A stretch of 64,000 nt of DNA from Chiloscyllium plagiosum (Eukaryota): the NCBI RefSeq assembly GCF_004010195.1, contig NC_057751.1:8028137-8092136 (forward strand), read 5' to 3'. The position numbers and the translations under genes are program-made. Positions 13,097-26,519 of this stretch are shown piece by piece (position 1 is the first letter of the stretch; each line of letters begins with the position of its first letter). Below the pieces are notes generated by a model. The model made no database searches. It was given only the letters and a program-made list of their open reading frames with translations, and was not told the origin of the DNA.

Positions 13097-13469
13097 TGCT
13101 TCCCTTTATGGAAGAGTCTGGGGCTACAGGGCATAATGTCAGAAGAGGTAATCACACATTTACGACGGATGAGGAGGAGGACTAAATTCTGTCAAAGGAT
13201 AGCAAACCAATGGAATTCTTTGCTGCAGACAGGAATGTTGAGGCTAAGTATATTCAAGGCTAGGAGAGACGGATTTTAAACCAGTCACGGAATCAAAGAT
13301 ATTGTTTAAAACGAATTCCCGAGGAATTGAGAGTTATCAGATCATCCATTGAATGGGGAAGCAGACTCGATAGGCAGAACAGTCGTCTTCTGTTTCTTTA
13401 TGTTACGGTCCTACCACGAAAAAGTCATCCTGCGTGCAGTAAATGGTGGCTTGGAACACAAGTCATTTG

Positions 13470-14170
13470 CAGAGTCATACAGCTGTGCAGCATGGAAACT
13501 GATCCTTTGTTCCAACTTGTCCATATCGACCAGATATCTTAAGTTAATCTCGTCCTATTTGTAATCATTTGGCCCATATCCCTCTCAACCCTTCCTACTC
13601 ATGTACCCATTCAGATGCTTCTTAGAAGTTGCAATTGTACCAGCCTCCACCATTTCCTCTGGCAGGTCATTCGATACACGCACCAACCTCAACATGAAAA
13701 AATTGTCCCTTCAGTCCCCCTAAAATCTTTCCACTCTCACCTGAACCCTATGGTGTCCATTTTTGAATTCCCCCACCCCAGGGAAAAAGCTTTGGCTTTT
13801 CAGCCTGTCCATACCCCTCATGATTTTATAAGCCTCTATAAGGTCACCCCTCAGCCTCCGACACTCCAGAGAAAATAGCCCCAGCCTAATCAGCCTCTCG
13901 CTGGAGCTCTGGCAACATCCTTGTAAATCTTTTCTGAACCTTTCCAAGTTTCACAACACCCTTCCTATAGCAGGGAGACAAGAATTGCAGGCAATTTTCC
14001 AAAAGTGGCCTAACCAATGTCCTGTACAGCTGCAACATGACCTCCCACCTCTTATACTCAATTGACTGACCAATAAAGACAAGCATACCAAACACCTTCT
14101 TCACGATCCTGTTGACCTGCGACTCTATTTTCAACGGACTATGAACCTGCACTCCGAGGTCTCTTTGTTC
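13470..14170 (-). mobile_element. CR1 3' fragment
   Basis: ORFs with QRDLGVQVH, LYRTLVRPLLE and LGLFSLECRRLRGDLIE. Confidence 0.92.
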
Positions 14171-14504
14171 AAGGGGTGCAGAGCAGCTGAGGGGGCTCAC
14201 AATGGTTAGCTACAGACAATGGTCTGTGATTCCGAATGAAAGGTGACAATATTCCCTTTCCCTGGAGCAATGGTAACACACTGCAGCGTCCATGCACAGG
14301 GTGACACAAAAGAAGGTTGACATATACATAGTTCCTTTCAGCATTTGAGTGCAATCAACACCTGTACCGTCAATAAAATAAATTGTGTAAACTCTCTGTC
14401 CCACTAAAGTCATACAACTGCAACATAATCTGGACCTCCATCTCATTTTGAGGCTTTGGGTAGAGGACGAACTGTCGACAATGACAGCAGTCAGAACTCC
14501 ACAT

Positions 14505-14557
14505 CTATTCTTCAGGGAAGTGTGATGGGACCTCGTTTGCAAATTGGTCCCACTCAT
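14505..14557 (-). CDS. Candidate terminal coding segment (D-EWDQFANEVPSHFPEE-stop), phase 1 start
   Basis: Good acceptor tttgcttcactttcag|; directly phase-compatible with exon k; I saw no minus-strand AATAAA nearby. Confidence 0.5.
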
Positions 14558-16370
14558 CTGAAAGTGAAGCAAACTTGGATAAGGCAGAAGAGGTAGCGAA
14601 GACAAACAGAGTCATAGAGATTGACAGCAGAAAAAGACGATCCTTCAGTCCATCGCATCATGTCAGTCAAAAACAACCATTCTAATCCCATGTTCCTGCA
14701 TTTGGCCCAAAGCCTTAGTATTGTAAATGCACTTGCAAATACCCTATATTCTCCCATAAAAGTCAAATTTTTTAGACTACTTTTGAAGGTTCAATTTGTA
14801 GTGTCGACTATTACATGGGCACGAGTTTTGAGGGGCTGAAATTCATGCTGCAGTTCAAATGACCGTATTATTAAAAGAAGTCGATTTGATCGCTCAGCTA
14901 ATCCCGGTAAAGAAGAAAAACACAATGAATTACAGTAAAGGTAATTACCAGATAAAAGCAAGAGAAACAAGAATGAATTACTGGTAGTAATTTTTAATTA
15001 TACATACCAGTACGAAAATTTAACAAGTTAAAGATTCATTGAAATCCTGCAAAGTCACACAGTTCAACGTTGTCCTGGGCTGGTATAATGACACACTTAA
15101 AATGAAACATTTGTTAAATTCTGAATGTCTAAGCGTCTTGAACTTTCCACTCAAATTCTTCCATTTCCAACCCATATACTCTCGCATGTTACAAATCCCT
15201 ACAACATTAACAAATGCGTCGAAGAATTAAAGATATATGTAGCTAATACATCTCATGTTTATTCAATATAATGGCACAATTAAAATGAATACTCTTTTAA
15301 CGATATTAACATTTGGATGCATAAAGAATAAAGTGGGATAAGTAACGACAGAATGAATGGATGAATCAAAACGTGCTGTAGTAAACCAAGTGGGCTATGC
15401 AGTTATGAATGAAGGCGATTTCGTTTAATGGCAACAAGCAGTTTCCTTCATAAGAGGTTTACAATGCAACATAGTAGGGTTGGCTTTTACATGAGATAAC
15501 AAAAACATAAGATTTATTTGGCCAAAAATAAGAAGTCTACTTTTACATGAGATTGACTTTTACACGAGTATATATGGCATTTGTTAAATGTAATGAGGAT
15601 TCTGCCTCTATCACCCTTATAGGCACCGAGTTCCAGGTTCCCATCACCCTCTGCACGAAAAGATTTCTCATCTCACCTCTAAACTTTCCGCCACTTTCCT
15701 TCAATCTATAACCACCCCACACCAACCCCCAATCCCCCATCCCCCACCCCACGCGACCACCTACACCCTCCCCGATCCCTCCATCAAGGGCAAAAGTTTC
15801 TTCCTCTCTACCCTTCAAATACCTAAATTGTAAAAGCCAAAATAATTTTCGCAAAGCTTCTGGTCACCTCAGTGACTCGGAAATATATCGTCATTCCTTC
15901 AGCATCAGTGATTGAAGCTCCTTGAAATCTGGCGTTAATGGCATTGAGAATTCTTCGAGACCAGACCAGCTTACATCAAAATATCTTATAGAGGTATCTT
16001 TGAAACAAACTAACTGTTAGAATCTAGGCTAGGTGCAAGGTGCTATGTTCCAGATATGATTAGATTGATCTGCAACTAGGCTTGAATCAAAACCACTTTA
16101 TTCTTATAATACAATTAAAATGCAACAAACAATGAAGATTTGCTAATAACTTTACTCTATTGACATACTCAACAAGACAATGTATTATTTAACCACTGAT
16201 CTTCAACTGCTCCAATGCAGACAACTTCCCATAAGCACAGCCTTTGGCAAAAATGGAATGCCGCCGAACAGTTATTATTCTCAAATGCTGTTTCTCTCCA
16301 GTCCAGTAGAAAGAAACACTGAAAGAAACAATCTGCCTCTTCTGATTTCTGAGAGGAAAACTCTGCCTCC

Positions 16371-17005
16371 GGGACAGCACGGTGGCTCAATGGTTAGCTC
16401 TACTGCCTCAGAACACCAGGAACGTGGGTTCGATTCCAGCCTCAGGCAACCGTGTGGAGCTTGCACATTCTTCCCGTGCCTTCGTGGGTTTCAAACAAAC
16501 CAGCCTTCCATCCACGAACTTCATCGGTACTTCCAGCTGCCCCAAGAAAGCAGCTAACACAATCGAACACCCCTCTCCCATCAGGCAGAACATATAAAAC
16601 TTTGTAAACAAACAAATTCAAGTGCAACTTCTTCTCCGCCATCTTCGGACTTTTGAATGGACCAATGTTGATCTCTCCCTGCACAGTCTCGGCGGCTGTA
16701 ACATTGTATCTTGAACTCTGATGGATCTGTATTATCCAATCTGCCTGTAAACTACGTAAGACAACACTTTCCACTGTACCTCCGTACACCTTACAATAAT
16801 AAAACAAACCAAATTCCTCCGCATGCTCTGGTTTCCCCTCTCAGTGCAAAGATGTGCAGGGTCAGGTGGATTGGCCATTGTAAATTGCCCTAAGTGTCCA
16901 GGGAAGTGCAGGCTAGGGGTTAGGTCTGGATAGGATGCTCTTTATTGGAGTTGATATGGACCCGATGGGCTGAATGTCCACCTTCCACACTGTAGGGATT
17001 CTATG
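16371..17005 (+). mobile_element. HE1-type SINE interrupted by a Rex1-like fragment (16494-16812)
   Basis: The SINE breaks at gtgggtttc and resumes at ttcctccg. Confidence 0.85.
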
Positions 17006-18428
17006 AAGTCTTCAATCTAGCAGCAAAGAGAACCCCAGCCATCCGCTCCGGCAGCTAACTTATCAAAAACAAAACTGACAACAAACCCAAAGTCTGCCTC
17101 CAAAACCAGGAACTCTGTGAGCCTGACCTTGCCTACCTTTGTGATTCTTTTGTCTTACCGTAAAAAAAAATCACTGATGGAAAAACACAAAGCGAGTTAC
17201 AAACTGCCTGCTTGGAGGAGACAACTCGGCAGCACTTTAACAATGCTCCTCTGCAAGAGAAATAAAGGCACAGTGTCGTCACAGGATGTATCTGTACAAT
17301 GGTTCAAGAAGGCAGCTCATCAACAATTTGTCAAGTGCACCGAGGATGGGCCATAAATGCTGGCCCAGCCAGTGACACCCACATCACTTGAATGAATTTT
17401 CGCAAGAAGCGAAGTCCACCGCCTACAGTCAGGAGTGTGATGGAGTACTCTCGACTTGCAGACCCTGTGATACTCACCAAGTTTCACACCATCCTGGACA
17501 ATGCAGCCTGACTGACTGCCACTCTATGCGCCAACCTAAACATGCAACTTCTTCAAAATGGATTCAAGCAGCAGCACTGTGCACTATTTACAAGATGGAC
17601 TCCAGTGGCCCACCAATGCACCTTCCGAACGTTTGAACTCGATCAGCTAGGAGGATAAGGGCACCAGATATGTGGACACACTGTCATCCACAAATTCCCC
17701 TCCAGCTGACGCACCATCCTGACTTGGGATTCGACCACAATTCCTTTGTTGCCACTGAGTCAACATCCTGGAATGCCCCACCTAAAACCAGAATGTGTCT
17801 CCCAACACTGCAGCCATTCAAAAAGGCAGGTCAACATCATCTTCTGCAGAGAGAACAGAGATAACAGCTGGCGACATCTACATATTGCAAAGTAAAAACG
17901 AAGAAGACTCATATAGAGAGTTGCTGACCAAGGGCTGGAAGGTGGAATCAGGCTGGAGAGGTACTTGTTGTTTATAAGGCCACAAGACATAGGAGCAGAA
18001 ATAAGGCCATTCAGCCCATAGAGTCTGCTCCGCCATTCAATCATGGCTGATAAGGTTCTCAAGGAGAGGAAAGTGAGGACTGCAGGTGCTAGAGATCAGT
18101 GTTGAGAATGTGGTGCTGGAAAAGCACAGCAGGTCAGGCATCATCCGAGGAGCAGGAGAATCAACATCCCAGGCATCAACCCTTCATCAGGAATGATGCT
18201 GCCTGACCTGCTCTGCTTTTCCAGAACCACACTCTCTACTCTGCTAAGTTTCCCAACCCCATTCTCCCCATAACCTTTGATACCGAAGAACCAATCTATC
18301 TCAGTCTTAAATATCCTCAATGACCTGGCCTCCACAGCTTTCTGTGGCAATGAATTTCAATGATTCACATTGTACGCATGATGGGATGCATGTTTTCTTC
18401 ACCGCTGTGCCTCATTATGAAACAGGAC

Positions 18429-18579
18429 CTGCTAATATTTCGCCTTGCTCAAAACTCAAAGCCATCACAGTTTTAGAAAAAAAAAGATGATTAAACTTGT
18501 CACTAAATGGCTTAAATCCAAAAAGCAAGCTGAAGGAAAAATGGAGCAAATATTTGCTGAAATGACTATTTTGATGTTC
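18429..18579 (-). CDS. Candidate exon (EHQNSHFSKYLLHFSFSLLFGFKPFSDKFNHLFFSKTVMALSFEQGEILA), phase 0 to 1
   Basis: Acceptor gctgttatttcag|, 50 open codons; the donor CAG|gtcctg is weak and there is an internal T run. Confidence 0.25.
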
Positions 18580-18664
18580 CTGAAATAACAGCACAGCTTG
18601 CACATATATTGTTGTCAAACTGTGAATGGGGAATGCATTGAAAAAATGCTCTGCTGCCTGCGGT

Positions 18665-18880
18665 TTATAGAACAGAACATCCATACTGTGTGGAAGCAGG
18701 CCATTCGGCCCATTGCGTCCACACCGATCCTCCGAAGAAGATTCCACCTAGACCCACCCTCCAACCTTATTCCAAAAACCCTGCATTTCCCATGGTCAAT
18801 CCATCTGGCCTACACATCCCTGGACACTGTTTGGCAATTTAGCATGGCCAATCCATCAAACCTGCACGTCTTTGATTGGT
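18665..18880 (-). mobile_element. HE1-type SINE 3' half
   Basis: Similarity to the other copies. Confidence 0.85.
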
Positions 18881-19432
18881 GATGTTTCTGCTGGGTGTCA
18901 GGCTGACTTTAGTTGAATGGAACCATCCCCCTTCTGATTGCTCAAAGTTTTGTCTGTTTGAAACCAACTCCAGTGACATGAGATCATCATCAAGGCTGGG
19001 GATTAAGTGAAGGAATTCTCTCTCATCACAAGAGATGATCTTTCAAGTGAGGCATGACACCTTTTTCTGGGAGAGAGACTGGACTCAAAAGACATCCTTC
19101 AGGAGGAGAAGAACTTTCTTTCTGTCAGCAGGTTGGGCATCTGTGCAGTCCTCTTCCCCCAGACACAATGGAAACTGGGTTGTTGAACGTATTCAATGCC
19201 AAGTCCAATATATTGTTGACAGTCTGGGGAATCCAGGATTATGGAAGGGATAATGCAGGATGTTTTACTTGATGAACATGGATATCCTGGAATTCAAGAA
19301 TCTAAGAGACATTTATTATAACTGACTGAAATGCATGAACCTGACATTCCTGAGACACATTAGTGTCTGGGCTAATATTGACCTCGCAGTTTACAACAGA
19401 GCAGTAGTGCCTGCACATAATATCAATGATAC

Positions 19433-19475
19433 TGCAGTTAATGCAAATACAAAACCACCGTGGTGTACAGAGCAT
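19433..19475 (-). CDS. Candidate exon (CSVHHGGFVFALTA); donor and frame uncertain
   Basis: Strong acceptor catccacctccttgcag|; several weak donors; more than one frame is open. Confidence 0.3.
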
Positions 19476-19749
19476 CTGCAAGGAGGTGGATGACAGTAAT
19501 AACAACGCTGACTAAAAATTCTCCTTGTTTACCACTGTCTGTAAAACAGTACAGGTTACTCAACGTTCTCACCACCTTTTTCTAAATAAAAGTAACACTC
19601 AAGTTGCTTTTTCTTAAAAATCATTAAACAGCTTCAGGTCCTCCAAGGCTCGTTATAAACTGCAAAATTACAAGCTCTGCAATCTAAGACACCGGGTTAA
19701 TTAGATCAAGCCTCACCACTCATTTGTGCAAGAGATGTCTATAAAATAC

Positions 19750-19809
19750 TTATGATCATTGTCAACAATTCTCCCTGTGAAATCATGGAGCATTGCAACA
19801 CGCATGCCC
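19750..19809 (-). CDS. Candidate exon (GMRVAMLHDFTGRIVDNDH-K), phase 2 to 2
   Basis: Strong acceptor cccctgttcatctccag|, moderate donor TAA|gtattt; phase fits the exon at 24964. Confidence 0.45.
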
Positions 19810-20047
19810 CTGGAGATGAACAGGGGCATCCGGAATTCCTGAAGTACTTGAGCACCTATGTGACCAAGATTTTGTCTTTCCGGCATCACCTTGAATCTGA
19901 CAGCAATGACAGCTTGATACGTGTCTCATTGCTCAGGCCAGCATTTACTGTTCATCCCTTTAACTCAATGACATGCGTTGCACTATGATTGGAGCTATCC
20001 AGTGACTGGATGGGATAGAATGCGATCGCCAATTTTCCTTGCTACAT

Positions 20048-22342
20048 TATTATGGACCAGACCAGACCAGACCCCCTCAAAATATCTCAAGGAGGTAACC
20101 TGGAACCTAACCTTTTCTTATTTTTAAGGTAAATGTGAGGTGCTGTGTTGCACATGCAATTCAATAGTTCAAACAACTCAACATTAAGCAAAACACTATT
20201 CAAACACGGTAGTTAACACACAACAAAATAAAGAGCAGCTGAGAATAATTTAACCCAGTTGGAAAACTTAGAAGAATAATAGATTATTTCATGACTAAAT
20301 AGTACCTGCTCCAATATAGCAACATCCCATAAACGCACACTTGACAAAAGGTAAATCTACAAAATAGGTTGCCTCTAGCAACCCAGAAGGAAAAATATCC
20401 AGAGGAATCTCAGACAGTGTGTGTCAGGCCATAAGACCAGAAGAGACAGGAGCAGAAATTAGGCCATTCAGCCCACCAAGTCTGCTCCTCCATTCAATCA
20501 TGGCTGATCAGTTTCTCAACCCCATTCTCCCACTTTCTCCTCGTAACTCTTGATCCTCTTGACACTCAAAAACCTCCAACTCAGCCTTAAGTATACTGAA
20601 TGACCTGCCCTCCAAGGCCTTCTGTGGTAATGAATTCCACAGATTCCCCACTCCCTGGCTGAAGAAGTTTCTCCTTATCTCCTTTCTATAAGGTCTTCCC
20701 TTTAGTCTAAGGCTGTGCCCTTGGGTCCTAGTCTCTCCTACCATATAAACATCTTCCCAACATCTACTCTGTCCAGCCTATTCAGTATTCCTTATGTTTC
20801 AATTAAATCCCCCCTCATCCTTCTAAATGCCATCGAATATGGACCCAGAGTCCTCAAACGTTCCTCATATGTTAAGCTTTTCATCCCTGGGACCATTTTT
20901 GTGAACCTCCTCTGAACACACTCCAGGACCAGTACATCCTTCCCGAGATATGGCACCTAAAACTGTTTATAGTACGCCAAATGTGACCTGACCAGAGCCT
21001 TGTAGAGCCTCAGAAGTACATCCCTGCTATTATATTCAAGTCCTGTCAAAATAAATGCCATCATTGCATTTGCCTTCCTAACTACTGACACATCCTACAA
21101 GTTTACTTTGAGAGAATCTTGGACTAGAAATCCCAAGTCTCTTTGCATTTCAGACTTCCAAAATTTTCTCCCAATTTAGAAAAAGTCCATGCCTCTATTC
21201 TTCCTACCTAAGTGCATGACCTCACACTTTCCCATGCTGTACTCCATCTGCCACTTCTTTGCCCACTCTCCTAACCTGTCCAAGTCCTTCTGCAGCCTCC
21301 CTGCCTCCTCAATGTTACCTGTCCTTCTACCTATCTTTATATCATTTGCAAACTTAGCCAGAATGCCCTCAGTTCCTTCACCTCGATCTTTAATGTATAA
21401 AGTGAAAAGTTGTGGTCCCAATGCTGAGCCTTGTGGAACACCTATCATCACCAGCTTCCATCCTAAGAGGGACCCTTTTATCCTCATTCTCTGCTTTCTG
21501 CCAGACAGCCAAGCTTTTCTCCATGCCAGCACCTTGCCTGTGACACCATGAGCCCTTATCTTACTCAGCAGCCTCCTGTGTGGTATCTTGTCAAAGGCCT
21601 TCTTGAAGTCCAGATAGATAATATCCATTAGCTCTCCTTGATCTAACCTGCTCATTACCTCCTTAAAGAATTCTAACACATTTGTCAGGCATGACCTCCC
21701 ATTGCTGAAACCATGCTGACTTTGCCCTATTTTACCAGACACTTTTAAGTAGTCAGAAATCTCATCCTTCACAATGGATTCCTTGATCTTACCCACAACC
21801 ACGTCAAGCTAATTGGTCTATAATTTTCCATCTTTTATCTTACTCCCTTGTTAAACAAGGGTGTCAGATAAAAGATGGAAAATTATAGACCAATTAGCTT
21901 GATTGGTCAAGGGTGTCATTTTAATGATTTTCCTGTCCTCTGGGCCTCTCCCTGATTCTAGAGATTCCTGAAAGATCACCACTAATGCCTGCACTGTCTC
22001 TTCAGCTATCTCACTTCAAACTCTGGGGTGTAGTCCATCTGGTCCACGTGACTTTTCCACCTTCAGGCTTCCAGCAGCCTGGAGAAATTCAACGCCTTTC
22101 AACCCTGCCGAGACCCCCCAGCAACACCTGCTGCTGAAAAAAACTAAAAATCCTGGTTCAGTTAGAGCTTGACGCCACTCACTCAGGCTGCTTCTATTGT
22201 TTCAACTTTGAATGAAAAAAAACAAGGCTCACAAGCTGTATACTCAAGAGGTTCTGCTAGATTGCACTGTATCTCTGCCTTAAAACCTCTCTTCTAACAA
22301 TACCAAGACAAAATAACCTCTTAAAACCACAGCATCGCCACA
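20048..22342. mobile_element. LTR-like element split by CR1; related element at about 15955-17283
   Basis: Both begin gaccagacc...caaaatatct, share ctgctccaat...cccataa, and end c(g)tcaca / cgccaca. Confidence 0.55.
20428..22067 (-). mobile_element. 5'-truncated CR1 LINE (RT domain and 3'UTR) inserted into an LTR-like element
   Basis: ORF 21176..21802 has YLDFKKAFDKIPH, GVPQGSALGP and FANDIK; tcaggc occurs at both junctions. Confidence 0.95.
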
Positions 22343-24963
22343 GTATATTTTGTAAGCAACCTATTATTACAACATCTGGAGCAAGTGGGGCTGACACCCA
22401 GACCTCCTGACCCATAGGTAGGGACAGTACTACTGCATCCAAGTGCCCTCTGATTCTAAGTTCTATTTTGGTTAATAATGGAAGAGAAACCACAAACCTA
22501 TCCTCACAAGTGGCACTTGACTCAACAGCAATATGTAATTTGTTGCACAATCTCAATAGGTCAAAATTACATTTGCTTGTTAGACCTAATGACCAAGAAT
22601 AGGAGGATCCAGCTCTTGTGGTGCAGTGGTAGTGTCCCTGCCACTGAGCCAGGAGGCCCGGGCTCAAGTTGCATCTGCTCTGCCCAACACACTCAAACAG
22701 CTTGATGAGAAAATTTGAAGATGTAGAGATAGTGAACATTATGAGGACGCATTGTGGTGGTGTCACTGGACTAGGAATCCAGAACCCGGACCCCAGGCTA
22801 ATCTTCTGAGGGGTCGTGTGGTGCAGTGGTAGTGTCCCTATGTCTAAGCCAGGAAGCCCAAGTTCAAATCCCACTGGCTGCAGAGATACTTGACTCTATG
22901 ACAATATAGAGGACTTAGGTAATCTCCACCATTCACCCTTTCAGATGCAACAGCTATTCTACATCTCGCTGGAGGCATTTTCAGTAACAATCTGATCATT
23001 GCGGGTTTGGAGTCACCAGCCAGCTCGTCCAGGTAAGGGGCAGCATATTTCCTTCAGAGGAATACATTCATGAACCCAATGGGTTCTCTTAACAAACGAT
23101 GACCATGAGCATTGATACCAATACTGAGGCAGACTTTATGTTCCAGATTTAAAAGTTGAATAAGCTTAGTTGGCTCAATGGCTGGTTTGCAATGGCGAGT
23201 GACAGCAACAGTGTGGGTTCAGTTCTCTCACCTGCTGAGGTTATCCGTGAAGGACTCTCTTGGCAAACTCTTCCCTCCCCTGACGTGTGGTGAACCTCAG
23301 GTTGAACTACCACCTGTTCTCTCTCTTGCAGACAGCTCTGGGACTAGAGGAGCAGGAGAGTCAATGTTTCGGTCAGGATCCTTCAACTGAGCTTGTTCAA
23401 TATTTAAATCTCCAAGATAAAGTTTACCTCAGTGTTGGTGACAATGCTGATGATTATCATTTGTTGACAGAACCCACAAATGTATTCCTGATGAAGGGCC
23501 TGTCCGAAATATTGATTCTCCTGCTCCTTGGATGCTGCCTGACATGCTGTGCTTTTTCCAGCACCACACTTTATTGACTCTGACTCTCCAGCATCTGCAG
23601 TTCCCCACTACCTCTGAGACCTGGGATTATGGCTACAACAGCACGTTCCAATCACTTTTTGTACCCAACATCCCCCTGTGTTATAGGTTCATGCTCCTTC
23701 ACAAGTGTACAAACATTTAATTTTGCCCTGGATGTTGCAGTCTTTTCCTTAATCAGTGTCTGTCCTAGCTTGTCTACGCCCAAGCCATTTTTAGAATGCT
23801 TTCATTAACCTTGTCTCCTAGTTCACACAGATGCTCAGAAACACTATATTCCAGTCCGCACAAGGCATAGTCTTTACATAGCTGAAAAACTGCCTTGCAC
23901 TTCTTGCTTGGAAACAACACACAAACTTTAGAGTTTAAAAATCTAAATGTTTTCTCATAGTAAGACAGAGCCTGAATGCAGATGTCAGCACTCTGCCAGC
24001 ATTGGCACTTAGTGCAGCGAAATCCTGATTACATATAAAAGGTTCCAAATCAGAACTCATCAGTTAAATCTGAAGGTTAATTCACTACAAAACACAGCTG
24101 ATTGTTTAATATTTTACAAAGGTTTGGTTGCACCTTTGGCCAACAAGCCAATATCCTGTGTAATGATTTTAGTGGTGATCAGTCGAGTGCGCTGACCTGA
24201 AGACGAGGGGTGATAGAAGGGACCTGTCAAAACTCAGCTCCTGGCATTCATTCATTAACACGGATGTTGAATTGAAATATGCAACACATGGGCAAAACCC
24301 CTGCAGTGAATATCCAGGAACTGTGCTAACGTTATGCGATGCTGCAGCAACATGCACCGCCAGGTTCAATCATGCAAACCACTCATCAGCATTAAGATGG
24401 TTTTCAAAACATTGGACAGGAGTGGGCTGGAGTTTCCAAAGAACTTTCTTCCTCTCACCATGGGCTTGGCAACTCCCGAACATCTCTCGACAGTCTCCTT
24501 GGTTGAGCTTGAACTGTGGGGATGTCAGGGTGATCTGGGCAAAGTGCTTAAACAGCAAGGGGGTGGGGGCAGACACATGCTCAGCACAGAGTCAGAAACT
24601 ACGTCAACTGGGATGTTGTCACCCACAATGTGAAGGGCAGGAGGTTTAGAGGGGATTTGAGGAAATAAAAATGGTGGTGGAGGTCTACAGTCCTTTGCCT
24701 GGGAGGGTATTTGAGGGGGGAAACTCACACCTTAAAAGTCTGTTGGGATGAGCACTTGAAGTGTCCTACTATTCACAGCTCAGGACCTCATGCAGCCAAG
24801 TTGGATATGTGGAGGTAGAGGCATTTCTTGGCAGTACAGACTTGATGACCTGAATGGCCTCTTCTGTCCTGTACAATCCCATGAAATCAGGTTCATCTTA
24901 TCACACAATTAATTGGCAAGGAAACCAAACTGAAGGAGGTGGAGTGAAAAGGGTTAATTATAC

Positions 24964-25086
24964 CTTGACTCAAAGAACAGTGACTGAGCACGTGCAAGGG
25001 GAACAAAGTTCAATGATGTCAGATGACGAACAACTGCTGAAGCGAGTGCCAGTGGGACATCAGCATGCTGTCTGTTTTTATTATTC
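24964..25086 (-). CDS. Candidate exon (NNKNRQHADVPLALASAVVRHLTSLNFVPLARAQSLFFES-R), ends in phase 2; alternative phase-0 acceptor starts it at 25097
   Basis: Acceptor ctgtttttaag|, donor AAG|gtataa; 40 open, protein-like codons in unique sequence. Confidence 0.5.
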
Positions 25087-25633
25087 CTTAAAAACAGCTA
25101 CTTTTGAGAAAGTCCATTAATGCTGACTCACAAGAGTGTGGATCTCACCCAGCCAGCTACAACAGTTTCATACGAACACCAGAAACAGGAGAAAGACATT
25201 GGAGCCTCAAAGCTTGCTCCACCATTGAAGAAGGTCACAGCTGATCTTCTCCCTCAGTTCCAATTGACTGCTTGATCCCCACATCCTCTGACACACTTGG
25301 AGTCCAAAGTCCCGTTGGTTTCAATCCTCAGTTAAGTCAATGGCTGTCCAACTACAGCCATCCGAGTGTCAATATGTTCCAAGATTCACAACCTACTGAA
25401 TGAACCAGTTTCCTGTCTCAGATCAATATGGCCAAAAGCTCATGTCTGAAGGCACCAATCCCTGATTCTGGAATCTGCAGACAAAGGAAGACATCCTCAC
25501 CATGTGAAGAGAAACCCAACCAGTGAAGAAACTAGGATTGAGACAACACCTTCCACAATCTCAGTGTCAAAATGCTCTACAACCAATCAATGCACTTCAG
25601 TCATGATTTTGGAGGTGGGAGGAAGGGGGACCT

Positions 25634-25923
25634 TGGCAGCATGGTGGCTCAGTGTTTAGCAATGCTGTCTCACAGCACCAGTGACCCCAGGTTCAATTCC
25701 AGCCTCGGAATGTGGGAATTTGCACATTCTCCCTGTGTCTGTGTGGGTTTCCCCGGGAGCTCCAGTTTCCTCTCATAATGCAAAGGTGTGCAGGTTAGGT
25801 TTAGTAGCCATGGGAAATGTGGGGTTACAGGGAGGAGATGGGTTTGGGTGGGATACTCTTCGGAGGTTCGGTGTGCACTCGATGGGCTGAATGGCCTGGT
25901 TCGACACTGTAGGGATCCTATGT
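25634..25923 (+). mobile_element. HE1-type SINE
   Basis: Head, body and tail present. Confidence 0.9.
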
Positions 25924-26519
25924 TACCCTGAATACAAAACAGAACATTGCAGCCAACCTTTGCACAGTAGGTTCCCACAGACAGCAATGAGATGACTAGA
26001 TATCCTGTTCGAGATTGTATTGGTGGGATAAATACTGACCAAGATATCAAGAGACAACCCTTTGATCTCTCCAAGCGTGGCATGGCTTAGGATCATTCAA
26101 GTTTACATGCAAGGAGAGTTGGGTCCTCATTTTGAGATCTCTAATGTGAAGCAAAAACTATTCTTGAACTCTTTCTGGCTACAGCAAGCACATTTTCAAC
26201 GAATTTCCATTGTTCTCCACCCATTACACCACTCCACTGTTACCTTACTTCAGTGCTGGAGTGCTTGGTAATTATTATCATTCACAGCAGATGACAGGTT
26301 GTACTATCCACAGTGTGGCCAAAGATACACTACACAGACACCATATTTCAGGATTTAGATTTTAAAATAAATGTGAATGATATGGGTGAGTTTTGTGAAT
26401 GAGTCACGATCAAAGTGCGTTGACTGGAACAAAACGTATGATTGCAGTGAAGTGCCTTGTCAATGTTAATTGATGGAATGTTATTGCTACAGATTTGACA
26501 ATAAACCAGAAGGCTGCAG

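Larger units (their letters stand above)
11195..13410. mobile_element. Cluster of nested CR1 fragments (+ and -) containing an HE1 SINE and a palindromic Penelope-related insert
   Basis: Degenerate RT motifs at 11200-11560; CR1 tail ORF 11748..11939(-); CR1 resumes at 12095-12420 and 12738-13410. Confidence 0.8.

Noticed and set aside
22257..22874. 205-aa ORF
   Set aside because: Runs across tandem SINE-head fragments and an LTR end; no protein-like features
23878..24300. Two further exon-like frames (GFCPCVAYF..., ALSYYEKTF...)
   Set aside because: Phases are incompatible with neighbouring candidates; expected by chance
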